DNA from: Auanema rhodensis
Lineage: Eukaryota; Animalia; Nematoda
NCBI GenBank assembly: GCA_964057225.1
Contig: OZ059898.1
Location: forward strand, 8,060,001-8,124,000
Reading direction: 5' to 3'
DNA: 64,000 bases
Part shown: positions 15,301-28,300 of the stretch, one piece after another
Position numbering within the stretch: position 1 is the stretch's first letter
Layout: every line of letters starts with the position of its first letter
Position numbers and translations under genes: made by a program
Notes under the pieces: model-generated
What the model saw: only the letters and a program-made list of their open reading frames with translations
Databases searched by the model: none
What the model was told of the DNA's origin: nothing

Positions 15301-16380
15301 ATTTGATCGAAGATTATTCCTTTTTCTTCTGAAATGATCATATTCCCTTGCTTGCCATCTTTGTTTATAGAGTTTCTTCTTCAGATATATGTGAAAGTTA
15401 TACGATTATATTCTAAACTATTCTCATTTCTCACATGTTGAATCATCTTCCTCTCTCATTGTGATATCTATTTAAGATTTTCGTTTTTTTGTTCATCTTA
15501 ATATATCTTATTTGGTGTGTATTCTACTAAGTTCTCACTATCTAATCCTTTTATAGTCCTATTGTAAAATCAGCTATTGATAAGATACTTTAGTTTCATT
15601 ATGAATCGTTCGTGACATCCTCCAATTAATAGTTCAACGTTATCTCATATAGCATAATGCATCTGCTATAGTCACCTAGTAGAAAAAAACAGTTGTTTAT
15701 TTTTGACCTATTTCTAGTTTCAGCATTATACATCTATTTCTTCTATAAATTTATTCATATCTGTACATATTTTCTAAGCTACATCTAGTTGAATCTTTTT
15801 ATTCCATTTTCCTTCTTCTAAACAAAGTTTTCACCTGAATTAATGAAATGTATGATTGGTTTCTATCATGCTTTAGCTAACATTTGTCATACAATCGTAC
15901 AGGCATTAAACATGTCTTCCGGCTACGCGTTCATGACCACCCGACTAGATTTTTTCAAAATTAGTTTTCATAAGTATAAGATCGTTCTTCAACGAATTTA
16001 ACTTAGTTATCTATATGTTTAATATCTTGAAAAACATTAGATTTTAAAACAATGATGTATTTTAATTCTTTTTTTTTCCTTCTTGATTTGAACATTTTTC
16101 ATGCGAATCTTAAAATACAGTCTGTATTTATTGTACTCTCCCTCTCACACAGTATGATGTCATCAGTCCTTACTGTTTTTTCAATCCCTCTCTCTTTGTG
16201 TGTGTCATACAGCGCTCAACCTCATGTTATCTTCATACTCATTGTCTATGTTTCATTCAGCTGTTTTATAAATTTGTTTCCGGTATTCACGATTCTCATG
16301 TTCGTATAATAGCCATTAGAAAATTATTTTTTCTAGGGGCTCTCTCTGCAAAGCTGTCACATTGTAGTGGATCTGAAGGT

Positions 16381-19300
16381 ATGCGCGGACCTCCACCGAC
16401 ATGGCAACCGCCTTGTCCGCCAGATAAGGACCATGATTATGAAAATAACTATGAAGATCCAGAAAATTTACAGAAGAATAAAGGTTAGCCAGATAGATCA
16501 GTGGTTTATTATAACACTGTTGAACGGTGGTCTCCCAGATGATTCAATCAATGTAACATTTTCAGATATGTCACGGGAATTACTTTTAAACAGCAGTGGG
16601 CCACCACCCATGTATAACTCATATGAGCTGTCTTTAAGCCAGCAGGTAGCTCGAATATCGTATCAAATATTTCTATTTCATTCTTTTTTCAGCGCCGAAG
16701 CAAAGCTTCAAGTGCTAATGTTACTGTAGCACCTTTAGGTGAAGATTGGAATACTGATGAAGTAGGTCAAAGAGTGCTTCATAAAAACTCAGAAGGAACT
16801 TATTATATTCCAAGTGTTGCAGCTTCAGGTTTGTATTTATATTTAGAAATTTGTAACGAAATTATCAGCTTGAAAATGTAATAATCTAATGAAATAATTT
16901 CATTTTCACTATTCCATAGAGGTCAAGAACACCATCAAAGTTATTTGTAAAATTATTGCGCAAGGTCCTTCGACCTCTTCTATGCACGAAATGGGAGCTC
17001 ATTTAGTGGCCTCCAACTCCTTGAAGACTTTCTTCTGTGCTTTTTTTTCTAATGTATCGGGAGGGTTAATCAAAAGCTGTCCGACAAATTGGTAACTCAA
17101 TACATGAGGATCAAGTGTGCCTGAAATAAACCAAATACAAAGTATCTAAAACAAAAAATATGTATAGCTTTTTGTAATACCGACTACTTGACTTCAACTA
17201 ATCATGTTTTGAATACTGTATTGATATTTAATTTTTTTAAAAGAAGTCTTTTATTTCAGAACATACAACAACATCAACATTATCACCATGTTCACATATG
17301 CGGTACCAAGATCAGTAAGTTTTATGAGCTATTTTCTTGTTTATAGCATTTTAATTCTTATTTATATGATACTATTGATATATAATTGTTTCGAGCTTCA
17401 CCCACTAGCAAATAGCTGTTACAGTTTCGTCGTAATTGCCATCGAATGACCGCGTTCGCGTGGCTCTTGCGCAATAGCCTCACGGGATCAATTACCTTCT
17501 GGCAGTTGTTCTCCTAATCCGGTCTTCCTGTAATTTCTAGGTTATATCTTTTGATCAAGACGAGCTTTAAGAAGCATTCAATCCGAATAATTAGTACCTA
17601 TAATTTACTGTTCATTGTAATATCAATATAACTATATTTGTAGTTATGATCAGTTTATCATATATGCATCTAGTGTTCATATTACGTAGCAGGGTTTTAC
17701 CGCTATAGAGTACTTAATAAGTGATATTAGGCTATTGGTTGAGATTATGATTGGCACTTGAAGCAAAAAATTGTTTTAGGTGATGAAATCTTGTACATAG
17801 GGTGCTATATTTTATTACGCACTTCTATCTTTTGTTCTTTCTGTAGTTTGTACTCTAGCAATAATAATATTGCGAATAGGACTGCTGTGGGGGTGAACAA
17901 TTTGAATATACACGCATAACATGCTTCTTTCGTTATTACCACTTAAGGGTAAAGCTGACAGAGCATGTGTTGCTTGATGATGTTTCTTTTTTACTTTCTG
18001 TTTATTTCTCTTCTCTCTATTTTATTCCCAGTTTATGCACTGCTCTTGCTCTTCTTTGAATAAACCAGAGAAGATGCAACAGCAAGGAAGGACTTGAGTG
18101 AATCTTGATGTTAATCAAGTGCTCTTCAGGGTGTGAGGTTGCTTTCTGGGGTACTGCATCTCGGCAGATTTTCCTGTGGCATGTATAATTAATCGGACAC
18201 ATCGCCTAAGAATATGCAAGTAGCTTTACGGAACAACAATCTTCGCGTTTCTCCTTTACAGACACCATCTGGCGCTCTCTCGCATACACATTTGCGCATT
18301 CTCTCTTTTACATATGCTTTTTGGTCAAGCTAAGCTAACTTCTACATGAAGTTTTATTCAATTGAGCATTTTTCAAAGTTCTTTATGTAAATATTCGTAA
18401 CTTTCCTTTTAATGCTGACTAGGGGAAAGGAAAGATAAAGCAATGAAATAAACAGGTTTATTGAGGCTGCCGCAGGATTAGATCGGCTAAGTTATGAGAA
18501 GGCACGACGGCTACCTTTACTTTCAGTGTTTCACTGTCTTCGTCTTCTCCTAGCGTGACCATGGGTGTCCTCTCCAATGTTTTGGTTCATTGACCATAGT
18601 GGGCGCGCATCCTTTTTCATCGTGTCTCATCTTCCATTCTCATCGTCCCCTCTGTTTCTCATCTAGTTTCATTGTTTTGTGTTGCGAAATAAAAGAAAGA
18701 ATATATTAGAAGGGGGAATATCAGAATGAGCCACAGTCGGGGGATAGAGAAGCTCCGAAATCGAAAAAATTATTCTAGATTCTTTGATACTATCATACTT
18801 ATATTAGTGAATATAAACTTGATTTTATGTCATACAATTCAAGCATATACAAAACGACTCAAAGTGAGATCCTCTGAGAATTGAGCACATAGTCTTTTCG
18901 ATCTCAGCTTTTCCTCCTGCCGTCTTGTAATTGTTTCACGCTGGCAATATTAAGATCAATTAGATCTGCTCCTTAGATTACATGTTTCGTTAGTCCAATT
19001 TTAGTACGTGGTACCCGGCTAAGATCTGTTCTGAGGGGGGGTCAGGGAGCAGCTGTCTGCGTAAAACAAATAGGCTTATCCATGTGCTGATTTCCGTAAC
19101 TGACTATTTCTCATTTAACTATACCTCCTGTTCTTCCATTTTCTTGGGATATCTTATCCGTGCCCCGCCCACAAACTACTATAAAGAACCGCCGATAAAT
19201 CTATGAGGTTCTCTAAAATTGTTGTATGATCATAGGTGGTAGAGTATAAATTTAGCCTAGATAGAGATTGATACGTCTCTTTCGTATGCTTCATTTGACT

Positions 19301-22300
19301 TTGCTAGCTCTTATAGTCATACTGCATTTTGAAAGTCTTAAGAAAGTATTTCCGTTGAGTTCGCTATATCCATATGTGTTGACTTACTCAATTGTTGGTC
19401 AAAGTCTATTTAGAAATGTGAGGGTGTTCTAGGGAGCGCCTTTTATTGTCTCATTGCCATTGGATGAGAAAAGAGTTCGAAATTCAGTGGCGCTAACTCA
19501 TCCAATTTTCTATCTTTGCTTCTCTCACTCAATATTCTAGATTCTTCAATATTATTTTTGAATCAATGATTTTATAAAGAAGTTTTTGATACCTTAGCTC
19601 TTCATTATTGGTTTTCTTCTTACTTTAACTCATTTTCTTTTTATGCTCTCTAATCTCCTCTGAAATCCTATTAAAAAGATTGTAAAACACATAGTATAAA
19701 ACTAGCTGTTCATGTAGTTCCGGTCCTGATTCCTCTGTCACTAAATTCTTTCATTTATCTATGTCTGTCCATGCCATCATAAACTTTTAATCAAATCCCC
19801 ATTCAATTTGTGGTGGCTGTTGCAGTGCTGGCTATATATGCTCGTCCACACGATGGGAGCCATCTGTATTCTCAAAAGCGTTATGTCTCCTTTATCCATA
19901 AAATTCTTCATGAAAGAAAGCTATCCGTAGCCGCGAAAGAAGGATTGACCTTCATTCACTATCTATATTCAAACGGTCTATTGCTTGCATTCAATAGCTT
20001 CCATAATTGGTTTAGTTTACAAAACAATGAAGCTAATACTGTTCAAAGCTTGAAGCTTATTCTGTATAAGTATGTCGATGAAGTGGTGCGCTTTCTGACA
20101 ATATTCTCAACTTCAATTCCCTTAGAAATAACTTTAGTTTCAAGAGATATTTAATCTTTCCTTATCTTGACGAATTCTATCTGGCACCAATATTCCAGCT
20201 GCCATCTGCTACACCGAAACTGCAAACTAGTCCTACGTAATGAGGCCCTGAGCAGTTCCAAAGCATATCCAGCTCTTTTATACTTTATAATTTTGCGCAA
20301 TGCTATCTATTGCTGTTTGTTTGGCTTTTTATAGCAATAATATGGATACTTTATTGTTTGAGTTCAATATTGCTAACCACATGATGCGGACCTTCGCTTT
20401 TCATTTGTATTTCAATAGCTTTAATCACATTCATCCTTTCCTGGCTAATACGCTTCATATAGTTGTTAGCTGACTCTTGACGTATCGTTGACCTTGTTCA
20501 CGGTAACGAGAACACTGAGTGATATGTCTACAACTGTCTGAGCTGGGTGTGGTTATAAGAAAATTGAGCTATAGTTTCAGCCAACTGCATTTTGACCTAT
20601 ATGCTAATGAAATTGTTATATGTTTGTCATGCTATACTAAAGTGAGCAGGTTGATATACATGGGTGTGAAATATCTTCTTATTCACACTTTCTTGCAACT
20701 TGAAAGAATATTTAATTGATTAATTCTGTTTCATGGGCCGTTCTGTGAAATGTGTATTAGATTTGTCATATAAAAACTGTGCATTTATAAGATGAATGTA
20801 ACAGAGCGTGAGACAGGCTCAACGTCTTGTTTCTGTTCTCCCAGAACCTAGAGTCCCTAAATGACCTAATTATATGTCTCCTTCGGCTACTCATTCAATA
20901 CGCGGGGCTCGGCTGGAAAGGCGGCTGTCGCCCTCTGATGCAGGTTCTAATTTGTCTCATCTTGCCCATTCTTTACAAACTTCAAGTTTTCACGAACAAT
21001 TTATTCTCATACAAGTTTCTGTTGTCCTTTTCTTGTCACATTTTGTACAATCTTTTTATTGCAGATGCGCAGGCATGTTAGCTTCCTCAGGTCGTGGTAC
21101 ATTAAATAGCTCCAAGGGAGATCCTACTACAGCTACACTACTAAAATATAATAACACAACAGCATCTTTGAGTCGTCCAATTGCAAATAAGAAGTAAGTT
21201 TTCAAATAAAATATTAATTTTTTACAAAACATTATTTAGACGTGCTCCCAAAATGCGAGAGTATCTAGAAAAACGTGAAAAAGAAAGTGCTTCATATCTG
21301 AGGCCTTCTATTTGCATGGCATCTCTTTTAGTTGCATTATTAATTTCATTAGTCATTATAGTAATTTTACTTTGTGAGTTCTTTGGAAATTCAGTTCAAG
21401 TTCTATGAAGTTCTATTTCAGTTCGAAGTCCTCATTATGTATATTCTGAATTATCGCCTGCAGCTACACGGATTGTTCCCGATTCGTTGTCCGTCGATGA
21501 ATCTCAGTTACGACCTTTGCCAACAGTAGTTGGAATCGGGGAACGGATCGAAGCGGATATTCCTCCAAAGCATACTATAACAACGTAAATAATATTAATT
21601 ATTATTAATATTTTATAACCTTTTCTTTATAGAGAAATGTTTGTATCTCGACCATCAAGAATTTTATTTAACGTCACTCTTGGTGGAGGAGCTCAAATGG
21701 TTTTATTAGGCCGTCATAGTGTTCCTCCAACACTTTACATTCATGATTTCTTTCGACCCTTAAAAGCCCAACAGGTATACAATCAAATGATTCAAAAATT
21801 GTAATCGCATATTTAGCCTTCACCCCGCTCTTCAAGTTCGCTAGAACCTAATTCAGGGCGCGTTAAACGTATGACTTCCATATCCGATATAACTGTAATT
21901 ATTTGTAATCTTGTGATAGATAAGTTAAACAACATTGTTTAGGATCCCAGATCAGCTGTTGCTGAAGAGTTTTTGTTGGAAGGACGTTGGCATCTTATGT
22001 TAATCAATGAAAGAAATAGAATCGAGCCATTTATTCTAACGATCACTGCAATTAATCCTGGATCGGGTACTGGAGCTAACACTTCTCCGGCTGGTTCATC
22101 ATCAGCTGTGTTCGGAAGAGAAAACAATCAACGTTGCGAAATGGATTGCAGTGGTCATGGAGAATGTATCAATGGCCGATGTAAATGTGTCAGTGGCTAT
22201 ACTGGAGATATTTGTGAAGATGGTTAGTAATTTATACTCATATTTTCTCAACAATGGAGCGTTTCGCTGACTTAAAAAAATTTTGTTTTTCAGCAGTTTG

Positions 22301-25300
22301 TCCTCTGATTTGCAGCGGAAACGGAATTTTTTCCGGAGGTATCTGCATATGTAACGCTGGATTCAAAGGAAAGGTGAGTTATCTCTAAATTGCTTTCTTA
22401 TACAGTTATATGGGTTAAGGAATGTGACATTAGATTCAACTGGTGCGAAAAACCTGATTGTTCGGGAAATGGAAAATGCTCAGCAAACGGAAAATGCCAT
22501 TGCAATCGTGGTTGGAAAGGAGAATTTTGTGAAGAACGTGATTGTATTCCGTCTTGTTCGAATGGCGGCATATGCGTTCAAGGCTCATGCTATTGTAAAG
22601 ATGGATGGAGTGGATTAGATTGTAGTCGTGGTGTAAATTTTAATCCCATTCCAAAAGACACAACTCTTAACAAGCATAAGGTGTCGAAGATTATTCAAAA
22701 CCAACAACCACCTCGTTCAATGGAACATCGAAAACATTATACTCAATCTGCTTCATCAAGTACAAAACAACAAATTGTTTCAACTACTGAATCTACCTAT
22801 TCTACAACAACCACAGAGCTTCCTTGCTCTGCACAGGGTCAATATAATGGCAAGATTTGCGTGTGTAACCCTGGCTGGACTGGTCCCATCTGCTCGGAGA
22901 GTACGTGAACGTTTGACGAAATAAGATAAAATATTTTTTTACAGAAACATGCTCACACTGTGTTAACGGGCTTTGTACTAATGGCGAATGCATTTGTCAA
23001 TCTGGTTATTCTGGAATTGCTTGTGATCAAGCTGCTTGCCCAATTGGATGTGAAGATCACGGCGAATGCTCTGACGGTGTATGTCAATGCAAAAAAGGAT
23101 GGAACGGAGATAACTGTTACTTGGGTATAAATCAATACATATTTGTTTTTCTAACCAAAGTTTTTATTTAAGAAGGATGTCCTCGTTCATGTAGTGGTTA
23201 TGGTGAATGTGCATTTTCATCTACATCTCATATTTGGACTTGTCAGTGCCAGCCGGGTCGTACAGGAGCTGACTGTTCCATTTCCATTGAGCTTGATTGT
23301 CACGATGGCCTAGATAACGATAGCGGTATTACTTGGTTTTTCAATATGAAAAATGAATGGTATCTTTGTTCAGATGAATTAATTGACTGCGATGATCCTG
23401 AATGTTGTAATGCTGAAGCATGTCGTGATCAAGGAGCTTGTGTTTTTTCTGCTAACCCTTCAGAGGTTCTTCTGCGATTGCCTGGAATTAAGAACGCTCC
23501 CTTTTCGCAAAGAATTGCTTTCATTTATCAAAATGAGATTCAGAAATACGCAGACCCTGCCAAGTTCAATGATAGGTATTTCAAAATAGCAGTATTTTTA
23601 TTATATTTGTTTGTAGCCTTGTCTCGATCGTTCGTGGTAGAGTAACATGGAATGCTGGTGCCAGTGGAGCATCAGCTTCGCTTCACGATTTTCCTCTGCC
23701 TGGAGTTCGAGTATGTTTCTCGAAGCTATAGAAAATTTCAATTATTGACTTTCTCAATCATCTAATGTTTTATTTCAGGTTTCTGATGGCAAAACACCAC
23801 TCTGGGGTTTTACACTAAGTAGGCTAGATGGCGAATTTGATTTAGTTGTGAACGGTGGCCAAACAATTCAGCTTCGTTTTCAAAGGAATCCATTCTTGGT
23901 AATAATAACGAAAATCGGATAACTTATTAAAAATCTCTTCTTTTCAGAAAGTTATTCGTAATGTTTTTGTGCCTCCAAATGAAATTTTCCATGTTGGTGA
24001 TATTCACATGTACACCGAGAAGGTATGTAATTTTGGTTATCCATTGTCGGTTTTTTTTCCTGTCTATTATTTACGGATCACTGATGTATCTCGTATGTAA
24101 CAAAACCACGAAACCTTAATCGAATAACGTTGTCCTTAGCATGATTGGCTAAATTGCTGGTCGGATTGTCGCTTCATAATAAACTGAAACGGCGGATTAG
24201 ACGGCGTATAGAGATAAGTATAGCCTACAAACAACTATTTCTTGTCTTTTGCTGTGTGCTCCTAAGGTACCAAATTCTTAAGGTCAAATGATTGTTAGGT
24301 GTTACTATTTGATTTCTATATAAGAATTGCCTTGTCTTTTATTAACGAACAACTTTTAGTCACCTGCACCTCGACCTATCCGCCAAAGATCTCAATGCGA
24401 AACATTCGGTCGTTCTTCTGTTCTGAATCCAATTGTTCGAACATCTCGTGATTTTGGAAGTGATGGGGCTATAAGATCTGGCTTACTCGTCGATACTCGA
24501 AGTTTTGTTAAACGAATCAAACTACCGGGATCCTCAGCACATTTGGTCTACGACTCATCGCGCGTTTCATCAGCGCAATCATGGGTTGTAATGGGGCTTC
24601 TGAATGAGCAGGTTGACCCAGATCTTCGTGTTATACACATTGAAATCAATGTTGCTGGTAGACAATTTGAGGCTCGGTTCGTATTGCAATCTTATATAGT
24701 TATATATCTTATGTCTTCAGACTTGCCCCTACTTCTAATTTAACGTATACCTGGGCTTGGGATAAACAAAATATTTATCGCCAAAGTGAACATGGTCTAA
24801 TTAATGTACACAGTAAGTTTTTGTTTTGACTGATTTTTGTTGAATATGCAAATTTCAGTTCGTATCGGATATGAGTATAAGGAATGCGATCGCCAGAATG
24901 AGATTCTTTGGTATTGGAGAACTGTTCAAACAGAAGGAGCTGTTGCTCGAAATTTGGAAGGAAATGCTTGGTCTATTAATATTCATCATTATCTTGACTC
25001 AGTGAACAGTATGGGACACTTATTATTTTTTCTATTGCTTAATACTTTATTATAGATGTGATAGAAATGGGAGATGGTGGAAAACGATTTTTAACTGAAG
25101 GTATTCGAATGCTGGAAACTGTTGTAGGAAGCACTGCCAAAAGAAGTGTATCTTGTACGAACTGTACCTCTATTAATGCCCGTGAAGCAACATTATTACG
25201 TCCTACTGATATTGTTGTTACAAAGGATGGTTCTTACTTTGTAGCTGATCATGATGTTATACGGCATGTCTCAGCTATTAACGGAGCTGTGACAACAGTT

Positions 25301-28300
25301 TTACAATTGAGGTAACTATCGAATATTTTAATAAAACATTGCTAATGAAATGTGCTGTAGTGCTGCTGATACTTCTCATTCCTATCAAATGGCTGTCAAT
25401 CCTATAGAAGACGTTTTGTACGTCTCATTATCATTTACCAAACAAATTTGGAAAATTGTTAGTGTTGAACCGACTGACATCTCAAATAATCATTTGGTAA
25501 TGAAAAAATGTTTTAGTAATTGTATACGGAATATTTTATAGGTATACGCAGGAGATGGAACAGCTTGTACTTCTCATGACTCCGCATGTGGCGATGGTGG
25601 GTTTGCTATTGATGCACAGCTTATAACTCCAAAAGGAATTGCTTTTGATGCTCAAGGAAATCTTTATAGTAAGTACATTTTTCTTTCATATTTAACGAAC
25701 ATCTTGTTTGCAGTTGCTGATGGAAGAAAAATCAGAGTTGTTGATACATCCAATATTATTCGAACGATTGTTGATTCTTCTTCAAATACTCGTCCTTTAT
25801 GCGTTCATAGTAGATTTTCCATTTCATCTTTACAGGTAAATTCTTAACGATGATTCATGACATGCTTTATCTTTTTTAGCTGGAATGGCCAACATCTGTT
25901 TCTGTACAGCAGAGCACAGGGCGGTTATTTGTATTGGATTCCAATGCTGTTTATGAAATTGAACAACAAAGTTCAACAGCTCGTGTTGTCGTTGGAAATT
26001 CACCTACATGTCTATCAAACTTCAGTTTTTCTGTTTCGTTTGTGAAAGATATTTCAATAACTGAGTCTGGATCTTTGTACATTTTGGAAAGTGATGGAAA
26101 GCATGTCAATCAGGTTTCCAATTATTGTTTTGAATTTAGCAGCTAATCATCGAAATTCAGGTTCGAGTATTATCTCAAGATGGAAGTTCCCTGAAGCTTG
26201 TCGCTGGAGGCAGATCAGCTTGTGGTTGTGACATACCTTCTTGTGAATGCGACGATACTACAACGCTACTTCCTGCTAACCAAGCTCGCTTGAGCACCCC
26301 TATGGCCATAGCATTAACAGCTAAAAGTGATTTACTTATTGTTGACTCGGGAAATGCCAAAATTAAAAAAGTATCCCAATCGTCAGCTAGTTATGACCCT
26401 TTAAAGCGTTTATATACAGTTGTTGATGTTAATAGACAAGAGGTTTTTATTCTAAAGTTGTAACTTATATTTAACGATCTCGATTTTAGATGTATGCATT
26501 CAACCGATATGGTCTTCACGCTTGGACTCAATCTCTCATAACAGGAAAAGTTATTTATAATTTTACTTACAATGTGGATACAAGCTTGGGTCGCCTTTCA
26601 TCCATCCACGGAGCTGGGGAGCTACTTCTCAGAATAATTCGTACTAATGAGACTCATATTACTATTGAAACACCGTCTGGTCAAAGAACAACACTCATTC
26701 ATAGTTTATATGATGGAACTGTCGATACTATTCAAAGAAGTGAACATGGTATTAACCTTAATTATGAATAGATGCAATTTCATGTTTTGATTTCTTGTAG
26801 GACCAATACGTCTTCGTTACCAACCAGGTGGTTGTCTATTGAATCAGATTCAAGATGAATCTTCTATGACCATTCGATATGATAAATTTGGTAGAGTTCA
26901 AAGTGTACGTCAAGACGGAGAAGGTTTTGATGTTAATACCGAAAAGGTAAATTTATTTTTTATATGATATTCGCTCAAATTTGCATAATTTCTTCAGATA
27001 ATCGATGGTCGTTATGTTGCTAATGTATACAGGAACGGCAAACATTTCGCTTCTTTGGCAATGGATGAAGATGAATTCGCTTACGAAGATTCATCATTAA
27101 CTAGATTGAATTCATTAGATGATGGTTATTTGATTTCATATAATAGTATGACAACATTGCTTGACTCTTACAACCACCCTGAACATGGTGAAGCATCTAT
27201 AGTGAAATCTAAATTATCTGTTCCCTCAACAAAGGTTAGTTTATCTTAAACATTCTCTAATATTTATATAATTTAGACTCCCTCTCGCCGTGAATTAACA
27301 TACCGATTTGACTGGAGACCGTTCATTAAAAGAAATTCGGAAAAGCGTGTAGCTGAGGTTGGAAAACGGCCTAGGGTTAGTGGACAGATGAAAATGTTTT
27401 GCGGACCTACTATATTGTTAACTTACTAACACTTGAATTTGATTAACTCGTTTGACAAACTAACAGGTTTTTAAACATAACTTAGGAATGCATTCTCGAT
27501 CCTATGTGTCCGTGATTCATAACACAACTGTCCAGTAACTGTTTGAGCATAACAGTACTTTCTTTGTTAGAAAGATTAGTTCAGAGTTAATTGTATAATT
27601 TATTTAGATCAATGGTGTAAATACGTACTCTGTAGCTTTCGATCGTGAAACATATAGCGATGTTATTCGTGCTCGATCAAACGATGCTGTTCTTATTATT
27701 ATTGGATATACTGATAGTGGTGAAATATCATCTATAACACTACCATCTTCCGAAGAGTCGATTCGTCAAACTAACGTTGTTAGTAATCTGAGCATCAATT
27801 ATGATTCTCTTTCTCGCAGGTATTGAAGTGTTGAATACTAATTTTGTATAATTTAACTTCGCAGAAGTGAAATTGCTTGGGGGAATATGACGATACAAGC
27901 TGCGTATGATAGGCAAAATCGTGTAGTTGAATACGTACGAATGAAAACATTGTCTATGAGATTTTCTTATCATAAAGATTATCGTCACCCTATAAGTGTT
28001 GAATTGCCTGGGAATCTAAAGTATACACTCAAGGTTTGAGTAGTTCTTTCTCTTCAGAAGTTTTATATCCTAATTTAGCTTGATTCTCGTGGTCGTGTAA
28101 AAGACATAACTACACCGATTGGAGAAGTCCATTCTTTTAGTTCTATTCCTATTGGTCAAGAGAAGATTGTTTTACGACGTTATCCATTTACGAAGAAGCC
28201 GTTTCGACTTGCTCTAGATGCTGACGATAATGTCTGTGAATTCGCGTCTGCTGATGATATGCATCATTATGTGGTTTCAAAAGATATTTATGGAAGAATT

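Noticed and set aside
12400-16300. Scattered 60-85 aa ORFs upstream of ten-1 and in its long intron
   Set aside because: Phe/Leu/Ile-rich translations of T-rich non-coding DNA without splice-consistent structure.
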